From positions 23,002,001 to 23,066,000 of the forward strand of contig OX597825.1 of the NCBI GenBank assembly GCA_951406725.2: a stretch of 64,000 nucleotides of DNA. The letters run 5' to 3'. The notes below the pieces were generated by a model, which did not search any database, had not been told where the DNA came from, and saw nothing but the letters and a program-made list of their open reading frames with translations. Of this stretch, positions 54,725 through 64,000 are shown piece after piece; positions within the stretch are counted from its first letter, which is position 1, and the number at the start of each line of letters is the position of its first letter. This stretch comes from Octopus vulgaris. Taxonomy: Eukaryota. The translations under genes and the position numbers were made by a program.

Positions 54725-54817
54725 TGAGGATGCCAGTGACTTTGTGGTTAAGGTGTTGGACGCACGATCGTAGGAGTGTGCTTTCGATTCCTGGAACGGC
54801 CTACGTGTTGTGTTTTT
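54725..54817 (+). mobile_element. Truncated SINE D-like tRNA head
   Basis: GTGGTTAAGGTGTTGGACGCACGATCGTAGGAG...TTTCGATTCCTGG. Confidence 0.6.
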
Positions 54818-55359
54818 CAACCAGCGGGTTATTGATGCAACTCTTTATAAACATAGTAGAGGTTCGTCCCCACAGCTAGCGATTTATAGTATATTAGGGG
54901 TGCAGATCCTTACCCCTATAACCACCTGGTGGAGAATCTGCCTAGTGTTAAACTACTAGTAATATTCAACTGTCACTTTGATGTTGCGACTTGCTTTACT
55001 GTTTAGTATACGTTACTACTCCATCTCTTCTTCAGATTATATAACTAGTTATTTTGCTTGTTACAAATCAGTGACCAACGGTCACTTTGTTTACAATATA
55101 TCGTTAGCAGAAGCAGATCTTAGCTATTACACTAGTGTGCAGGTGCTCGCAGCTGAGCATGACCCAAATAGGTCGAAACTTGAATCAGTCCCGCGATCTT
55201 GTCACCTGCTGGAAGATAGTAGGAGTTCGCTCCTCCTACAAGCGATATATCGTATATAAAGTGTGCAAAGCGTCACACCGATAACCAGCTGGTGAAAACT
55301 CTGCCTGGGGGGTTCACTAGCAGTAACGTTCAACTGCCATTTGGACGTGGCGACTCACA

Positions 55360-56687
55360 CAGCACCATACCTATCTTGCAGACCATAGATCAACAAGTGA
55401 TTTCTAATTTTAAAAAATTGTACACCAAACATCTGTTTCGTCGGTGCTTTAAAGTTACCGAATATACAAATTTAACGCTTAGTGAGTTCTGAAAAGATTA
55501 CTACAACATTGTTCACTCTTGAAAATCATCACTGTGGCCTGGCACTCACAGGAGCTGACGACAGATGAATTCCTGCAGTTTCAGGAGCAGCATTCGGATG
55601 CGGTGGAAGTGAGGGAGCAGTGTAGCGGAGAAGGCTATCTCTACGGGTGATGTAAAGGCAGTGTTGGTAAAATGGCAGTATGTTTCTGAATTAAGGCGCG
55701 AGCTGGCAGAAACGTTAGCACGTCGCGCGAAATGCTTAGCGGTATTTCGTCTGCCGTTACGTTCCGAGTTCAAATTTCGCTGGGGTCGACTTTGCCTTTC
55801 ATCCTTTCGGGGTCGATTAAATAAGTACCAGTTACGTACTGGGCTCGATGTAATCGACTAAATCCGTTTCTCTGTCCTTGTTTGTCCTCTCTGTGTTTGG
55901 CCCCTGGTGGGTAGTAAAGAAATAGGTATTTCGCCTGCTGCTACGTTCTGAGTTCAAATGCCGCCGAGGTCGACTTTGCTTTCGTCCTTTCGGGGTCGAT
56001 TAAAGTACCAGTTACGCACTGCGGTCGATATAATCGACTTAATCCGTTTGTCTATACTTGTTTTTCCCCTCTGTGTTTAGCCCCTTGTGGGTAGTAAAGA
56101 AATAGGTGTTTCTGAATTCGTAGAAAAAAATCATTCTAAAAAAAATATCAATTGGTCGTGCAGCTGGTTTATTTAACGACTGCTTTGACGCATTTGAAAG
56201 GCAGGAAAAAGCAGACTTCTCTTGATACGACTCTCATGCAATAAGCACCAAGTGTGAAAAGAGAAGACAGTGTCCAGAAAGCCTAGATTAAGCGAAATGA
56301 GATAGAAAATGCCAGAAATTGTTTTTCCTGAAGTTTTAATGTTAGAAGATTCTCCTTCCAAACTATAATCCTCCGTCTTCTCTCTCCATCATCTTCCTCA
56401 CGTACAAATCGCCCCATCTTTGATGTAATTAAATTGATAAAACCAGTTTATATATATTTTTTTGCATCCTCTTTCATTGTTTTTATAATTGTCATTTTCC
56501 TTGTAACTGCACCTTTTCTGTTTCAAAACCCATAAAAAATGATTTGGGGGTTGTTTTATTGTGGAGCTGGAACGGATTAATTATATTTTAATTAATTTCA
56601 ATGGGGAAATTAGATTTGCAAAGCGAGGAAATCGTAAGACGAGCTCCATCATGGAAAGAATTAAACTTGTACTGCGATGTATCACTG
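55360..56687 (+). mobile_element. pogo/Tigger transposon 3' portion, interrupted by a SINE B dimer
   Basis: ILQTIDQQVISNFKKLYTKHLFRRCF; KWQYVSE|FVEKNH rejoins across the SINE; ...LEDSPSK; terminus ...CACTG|TA. Confidence 0.8.
55693..56106 (+). mobile_element. SINE family B1 dimer with one 12-bp TSD
   Basis: TSD TGTTTCTGAATT at 55681-55692 / 56107-56118. Confidence 0.95.
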
Positions 56688-56702
56688 TATGTATGCATGC
56701 GC

Positions 56703-56764
<62 letters not shown>

Positions 56765-57316
56765 GTGTGCGTGTGTGTGTGTACACGCACACACGTTAAA
56801 TATGAAGTAGTATCAACCAATAAGAAAACAAATTTAGATGCTAACAAAGCATTTGATACGCATGGAGCTTTAACGAAAATTTTGTATATTACATCCACAT
56901 ATAGTAGCGATGCTTGGGAATTTATTTGATATATTATTATGTGTGTGAGTATTTCAAATTTATCTTCGTTGGTGATAAGAAAGTTTTCAGTAAGATTTAA
57001 TCTAATAAATTAGTAATCATATTTCTACAGGGGAATGCTTGCTCAAAAGTTTTTCTAACGACTATGATTATGTTATTGAACGCTAAACAATTTGTGACTA
57101 GATACAGTCAGCTTTGTTCAGGGATTTAAAATAGATTTTTCTTTGCATGTTAATTGTAAAATAAGATACAGATCTATGATAATTGTCTCCAATTGTGTTT
57201 CATAAAAGTGTTCTTTTATTTAGTTTATTATTGTTATTTACTCACTGTATTTTATCTATAAATTTTCATTGGAAATTACTTGTATACCTTTTTGATGTTA
57301 CACTTGATTATACAAA

Positions 57317-57409
<93 letters not shown>

Positions 57410-57476
57410 CCTGTTATATTTCATATACTTTACTTTTAAAGACCAGATGTGTTACTCCACCACATTAACATGGTGA

Positions 57477-57525
<49 letters not shown>

Positions 57526-57571
57526 TAGGTAAAACAACGCCAGCATTGAAAGCTAATTCATATCTACCAAT

Positions 57572-57775
57572 CCGGCACCAAGCTGTCAGAATCCTTACTG
57601 CGCCGGGTAAAATTCTTAAAAGCATTTCGTCCACACTTACGTTCTGAGTTCAAATTCCGCCGAGGTCGACTTGACCTTTCATACTTTCGGGGTCGATAAA
57701 ATAAGTACCTGTTGAACCCTAGGATCCATATAATTGACTTACCCCTCCTGCAAAATTGCTAGCTTTTAAAATCAA
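57572..57775 (+). mobile_element. SINE family B2 copy
   Basis: B core plus the CCCCTCCTGCAAAATTGCTAGC tail. Confidence 0.8.
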
Positions 57776-57874
57776 TTTGTATCATTACAGAATAATGTTG
57801 TATTTTCCCCAGTTTTTTTTTTATAGCTTTGTACGTTTTTTGCTATTATTTTATGATAATTATTTGCGTTGGCT

Positions 57875-58097
57875 ATGGGTCCTGAAAAGGTTAGTGCAAA
57901 CAACAGTGCTGAGAAGAAGAAAAAGCTGCGATAGAATTGAAAAAAGAAATCATTGATAAACATAATAGAGGGGAGCGTGAAGTGAACATAGTACGTCAAT
58001 ACGACCGAAGTACGTCGACGAGCTGCAACATCCTGAAGAAGATGGACGAAGTCAAGGCCGTTACAACAGCAAAGGATGTCTTCAGGCTCTCCAAGAA
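57875..58097 (+). mobile_element. pogo/Tigger transposase N-terminal fragment
   Basis: MGPEKVS...IELKKEIIDKHNRG...IVRQYDRSTSTSCNILK (CENP-B/psq-type HTH), frameshifted. Confidence 0.8.
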
Positions 58098-58164
58098 TAA
58101 TATACACATCTCCTCGAAACAAAATAAATTTATAATTCTTAGTATTTGATGTGATCCACTGATC

Positions 58165-58345
58165 TACTCATTTGATTGTGGCCATGCTGGAGCACCGCAT
58201 TTAGTCAAGCAAATCGACACCAGGACTTATTCTTTGTAAGCCTAGTACTTATTCTATCGGTCTCTTTTGCCGAAGCGCTAAGTTACAGGGGCGTAGGCAC
58301 CAGCATCGGTTGTCAAGTGATGTTGGTGGGACAAACACAGACGCA

Positions 58346-58405
<60 letters not shown>

Positions 58406-58557
58406 CATATATACGACGGGCTTCTTTCAGTTTCCGTCTACCAAATCCACTCACAAGGTTTTGGTCGGCCCGAGGCTATAGTAGAAGACACTTCCTCAAG
58501 GTGCCACGCATGTGGTTGGTAAGCAAGCTACTTACCACACAGCCACTTCTACGCCTG
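58165..58557 (-). mobile_element. SINE family A copy
   Basis: Reverse complement of family A. Confidence 0.9.
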
Positions 58558-58984
58558 TACAGAGTTGTTATTTAATACCCATAATTACGCTAAAGAATTC
58601 AAAGACTCCAAACTAGATATCACTCTTCAACCCTTCATAACCATTCTCTCTTATGTCTGAGCTGTGTCTGGGTTTAGAAACCGCCTGTGTCCCTTAAAGA
58701 AATTACATTTTTCCAACTTCAAAATTTCTTTACATCGAAAGCAATTCCCCCTAGAACTGATTTTTGAATTCCATATTGAGAATTATTCTAGCGCCTGACT
58801 AACACATTTTCACAATGTACTTCCAAATGTTACATAAAACTGGTCATGTAACTTTCCTCTAGCGTCCTCGTGTCAATTCTTTTAATTACCATCATTAATA
58901 TTAATTAATTCCGTCATCTTCATAACATTGATATCAATCAATATAAACATAATTTCACCGATAATAACTATTACTACATTAGCA

Positions 58985-59051
58985 ATACTACTACTACTAC
59001 TACTAACAATAATAATAACAATAATAATAATATTAATAATAATAATAATAA

Positions 59052-59107
<56 letters not shown>
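58985..59107. repeat. Compound (CTA)n/(AAT)n/(GTA)n microsatellite
   Basis: Directly visible. Confidence 0.9.
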
Positions 59108-59629
59108 TATATATATTTATATATGTATAATTGTATATATGTATGTATGTATGTATGTATTATGTATGTTTGTATGTATGTATAAACACACAGACATAAC
59201 TATGAAAAGGCATATTTACATATTTATATAATACAATATTTTTATTGCATTAAGCGCTCTATGTTTTGGTTGGATGTAAATATTAGTGTTTAGATAATAT
59301 GTGTGTATACGGACAATGCAATCATTATCTCATCGTCACGTAATTTGAACATTCACCAAATGTTTGCAAACAATATTAATATTTTATACACAGACGGGGC
59401 CTCTTCGTCGCGAGACGAAGATATTATCACTTGGTTTATTCGGAGAGTGTAAAGTCTGGATATATAAACGAAAATACATATTTTCAATAATTTTATTCAC
59501 TTACAAGAATTAATAACATTTTTAACATGGTTTCTGCCATTAGTGAGGCAAAGTTCGATGCGCTTTGCTGGATTTACATGAATCCGATTCAGTAATTCGA
59601 CATTTCCGTCAATTTGAACAGATTAATTC

Positions 59630-59850
59630 ATATATATACAAAGTCAGAAAACAACACAGCTCCCATGACTTTCGGAAACATTCTTTCACGCTCAGAGTTG
59701 CTGAAGCATGGAATAAACTGCCTGCGTCAGTTGTTGACTGCCATGACACTGCATCCTTTAAGGCCCTCATGCTTTCCGAAATCCGCCGAAACTACACCTG
59801 ATTATATATACACTTTAGATGAGTTGTAGTGCACCTGAGTACTGTACACA

Positions 59851-59880
<30 letters not shown>
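59630..59880 (+). mobile_element. CR1-group LINE 3' end with (ATT)n tail
   Basis: YKVRKQHSSHDFRKHSFTLRVAEAWNKLPASVVDC..TASFK, short 3' UTR, (ATT)10. Confidence 0.9.
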
Positions 59881-59881
<1 letters not shown>

Positions 59882-60170
59882 GATCCTTCGGTTTATTCAT
59901 ATCTGTGATTTTCACTAAAGTACAGCTTCTCTTTCAGTATACCCGAGGAAACGAAATCAAGAGTACTATTACCTGGAGAGTGAGGTGCCCATCTCACACG
60001 GCCAGGTCTCCCAATCCAGCGAGAGTAATAGTCATTGAGCCATTCTCTTTTTGGCTATTCCAAAGACATGCAAACTTGAATTATTAAAATATAGAATCAA
60101 GCGACTAAACCCGTGTCCCCAAATTCCTTGCCATTTTCTAAAATTCGGAACCATTATTATTACTGTTATA

Positions 60171-60870
60171 TAAGGCGGCGAGCTGGCAGAAACGTTAGCA
60201 TGCCGGGCGAAATGCGTCGCGGTATTTCGTCAGCCGCTGCGTTCTGAGTTCAAATTCCGCTGAGGTCGACTTTGCCTTTCATTCTTTCGGGGTCGATAAA
60301 TTAAGTACCAGTTACGCACTGGGGTCGATGTAATCGACTTAATCCCTTTGTCTGTCCTTGTTTGTCCCCTCTATGTTTAGCCCCTTGTGGGCAATAAAGA
60401 AATAAGAATCGTTGGCACGCCGCGCAAAATGCTTAGCGGCATTTCGTCTGCCGCTACGTACTAAGTTCAATTCCCCCGTGGTTGACTTTGCCTTTCATAC
60501 TTTCGGGGTCGATAAATCAAGTACCAGTGAAACAGTGGAGTCGAAGTAATCGACTACTCCCCTCCCCACAAATTCCAAGGCACTGTGCCTTCCGTAGAAA
60601 TAATTATTATTACTGTTATCGGATTAAAATTTATTGGAATATTATCATCAGGTCTACGGCGGCGAGCTGTCAGAATGGTCAGCACGCCGGATAAAACGCT
60701 TGGCGGCATTTCGCCCCCCTTTACATTCTGAGTTCAAATTCGGACGAGTTCTACTTTGCCTTTCGTTCTTTCAATCTCGATAAATTAAGTTCCAGTTGAG
60801 CGCTAGGGTCAATATCATCGACTTGAATCCTTCCTCGAAACTACTGACCTTGTGCAAAATTTGAAACTGA
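60171..60870 (+). mobile_element. SINE family B dimer (60171-60600) and B2 monomer (60656-60870)
   Basis: Heads at 60172 and 60657. Confidence 0.9.
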
Positions 60871-61081
60871 CATCAATATCTGGCTAGTAATTGTGGTACA
60901 GATGGTAAGGCGCTGAGTAATAATTAACTTCGTTATTTAATTACTAAGTCTGGCTAATTACCTTCGACATTGCATCTGATCCTACCGTTGGTCTGCGGGA
61001 AATATCTACTATATCTAGCTCATTAGACTACAGCATTTTCGATATATTGTGACAGCACAAATGATACATTAGAAATTTATA

Positions 61082-61272
61082 TAGGCGCAGGAATGGCTGT
61101 ATGGTGAGTAGCTTGCTTACCAACCATATGGTTCCGGGTTCAGTCCCACTGCGTGGCACCTTGTGCAACTGTCTTCACTGTAGCTTCAGGCCGACCAAAG
61201 CCTTGTGAGTGAATTTGGTAGACGGAAACTGAAAGAAGCCCGTCGTATATATGTATATATGTATTTATATAC

Positions 61273-61310
<38 letters not shown>

Positions 61311-61311
61311 T

Positions 61312-61360
<49 letters not shown>

Positions 61361-61570
61361 TTTTGTTTGTCTGTCTTTGTCCCCCCAGCATCGCTTGACA
61401 ATCGATGCTGGTGTGTTTACGTCCCCGTCACTTAGCGGTTCGGCAAAAGTGATCGATAGAATTAGTACTAGGCTTGCAAAGAATAAGTCCTGGGATCCAT
61501 TTGCTCAACTAAAGGCGGTGCTCCGGCATGGCCACAGTCAAATGCCTGAAACAAGTAAAAAAAAAGTAAG
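61082..61570 (+). mobile_element. SINE family A, full length
   Basis: Complete head, microsatellite and tail. Confidence 0.92.
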
Positions 61571-61614
61571 GGTCAAGGGGCCAGCAACTGACCAAACTAC
61601 ACGAAGATTCTGGT

Positions 61615-62003
61615 AGAATGGAAGCACTCCGTCGGTTACGACGACGAGGGTTTCGCTTGATCCGAATCAACGGAACAGCCTGCTCGTGAAATTAACGTGT
61701 AAGTGGCTGAGCACTCCACAGACACGTGTACCCTTAACATAGTTCTTGGGGATATTCAGCGTGACACAGAGAGTAACAAGGCCGGCCCTTTGAAGTACAG
61801 GTACAACAGAAACAGGAAGTAAGAGTGAGGGAAAGTTGTGGTGAAAGAGCACAGCAGGGATCACCACCATCCCCTGCCGGAGCCTCGTGGAGCTTTAGGT
61901 GTTTTCGCTCAATAAACACTCACAACGCCCGGTCTGGGAATCGAAACCGCGATCCTATGACCGCGAGTCCTCTACCCTAACCACTGGGCCATTGCGCCTC
62001 CAC
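61615..62003 (-). mobile_element. SINE family C1, full length
   Basis: Near-identical to 9029-9415. Confidence 0.92.
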
Positions 62004-62666
62004 TTTGATCATAATAGGCAAGCAACATACATCCACAATCTGGCATTTTAACTACAAGACAATATGGACGAAGTTCTCGATATGATATTGCTGAGTTTCA
62101 TGTAAATTCTAACCAATCAGATCTGTGACCACAGGAGTTTTTCTCATGCAAACCATGTCTTATCTGTATCGTCTAACTTGTTAATGTACTCTTTACTTTC
62201 TTTAGAGAGTATGGGCTCCCATTTGAGGGAGATTAGGTTGTAATTTCGAGCATATTCGCCGATTATGCAAAATCTCCCATGTGGAGTCGTCATAATATTC
62301 TCATAAATGTTTTACAGTTACGTAAACCATCATTTGGAGAAATTAGTAATATTTGTCGTGAAAAAGAGAAAAGAAAAGAAATAAACGGAGCAGAATCGAT
62401 ATTGCTAATAACACATCCAAAATATTCCTATCAATCCACCCACAAAAGAAAAAATTCAAAAATCGGAAATAACACATAAAGAAAACAAAAAAACATATCT
62501 GCAGTAATCATAACGAAAGATAAAATTCCAAACAAAACAAATTAGATAATATTTGCAATCTAAACAAATATTATGAGGAGAAAATGTATTAGTTTAAAAT
62601 AAAATTAAATAAAAATGAACACGATTCTATAATTTTCTCTCATTCCCACCGCACTTCTTTCTCCTC

Positions 62667-62727
<61 letters not shown>

Positions 62728-62964
62728 GCTTAATACAATGGCTCTTAGTCAATTTGAAATACATTTAGGAGCATATGTTCCGAATATTATAGGGTTACAT
62801 TTAACTAAAATTAGTTTTGTGAGATGCCATGACTTATATATGTTGATGTGTCTTGGGGGAGTCATTGCGACAATATTAAAGATAACGCATGCAAAGTTTC
62901 AATTCCATTTCTTTATTGTTAGTCAAATGGCTAAACATCTCATCAACTAATTAATCGATCGTTA

Positions 62965-63164
62965 GTTTAATGTGTTAGTTAGACAAGCAACGGCTTGTTT
63001 GTTTATTATTCAAAGATGTTTCGTTGCTGTTCGAGACATTTTCAATGACTTCACGAATTCCCTTCTTACTCCGAGATCTCCTCTGCATCCTTCTGAGAAT
63101 TGGTCTGATGCCTGACAGACATAACAAACAAACAACCGATTGATTTTTCTAACTAACATTAAAC
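62965..63164. repeat. Imperfect ~43-bp inverted repeats (62965-63007 / 63121-63164)
   Basis: GTTTAATG(TG)TTAGTTAGA.AA.CAA.CGG.TTGTTTGTTT on opposite strands. Confidence 0.6.
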
Positions 63165-63329
63165 AAACAACCGGTTAGTTTGCTGATTAACCAATTGACT
63201 GATAATAAAGGAATGCAATTGAAGCTCTGCATATGTTATTATTATTTTTGTTTTAATGTTTCTCCCAAAATGCTACAAAATTTGTTTCAACACACAAATC
63301 TACATTAAGAATCATACAAGCCAAATACA

Positions 63330-63715
<386 letters not shown>

Positions 63716-63733
63716 TGTAGATGCAGCACGGAC

Positions 63734-63783
63734 TTTGTCAGTGAACAGGTCGCGGATTTTAGCGACGAAAATATTTTGACAAA
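63734..63783 (+). ncRNA. Minimal type I hammerhead with G3-C8 core variant, in a ~157-bp insert (63711-63867) within (TA)n
   Basis: UUUGUCA-GUGAACA-G-GUCGC(GGAUUUUA)GCGAC-GAA-AAUAUU-U-UGACAAA. 7-bp helix I, 5-bp helix II, palindromic helix III. Confidence 0.7.
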
Positions 63784-63865
63784 TTAAACTTAAATGTTGG
63801 AGTGAATCGAACGGCTTTTGTGTGTTTCTTAAATGGCTTATAAACACCTCCCACGCTGCAATTGT

Positions 63866-63934
<69 letters not shown>

Positions 63935-64000
63935 GAATTTGTTGAGAATGCACCTAAACTTGAAAAACTTGTAATTGTCTAAAATAAATATATTTACACA

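Overview
AT-rich, microsatellite-saturated animal genomic DNA. The repeat content looks like octopus/coleoid cephalopod, which is inferred and not proven. No intact protein-coding gene is evident, and almost all listed ORFs are (TA)n/(CA)n/(GATA)n artefacts. The window holds about 35 tRNA-headed SINE copies of four modular families, several with target-site duplications (TSDs). It also has fragments of CR1-type, RTE, REL-endonuclease and Penelope-like retroelements, mariner, Tc1-like, pogo/Tigger and hAT relics, and a non-autonomous Helitron. Main observations: (1) an intact-looking type I hammerhead ribozyme inside a 479-bp unit with perfect 59-bp terminal direct repeats (retrozyme-like, 40320-40857); (2) several minimal hammerheads in small (TA)n-associated elements, including one with a compensatory G3-C8 core swap (63734-63783); (3) a 3' stem-loop shared, with covariation, by SINE family A and two CR1-type LINE copies; (4) a hidden + strand tandem array of decayed paralogous exons of an unrecognised cysteine-containing, probably secreted or GPI-anchored protein family, spanning about 2-52 kb.
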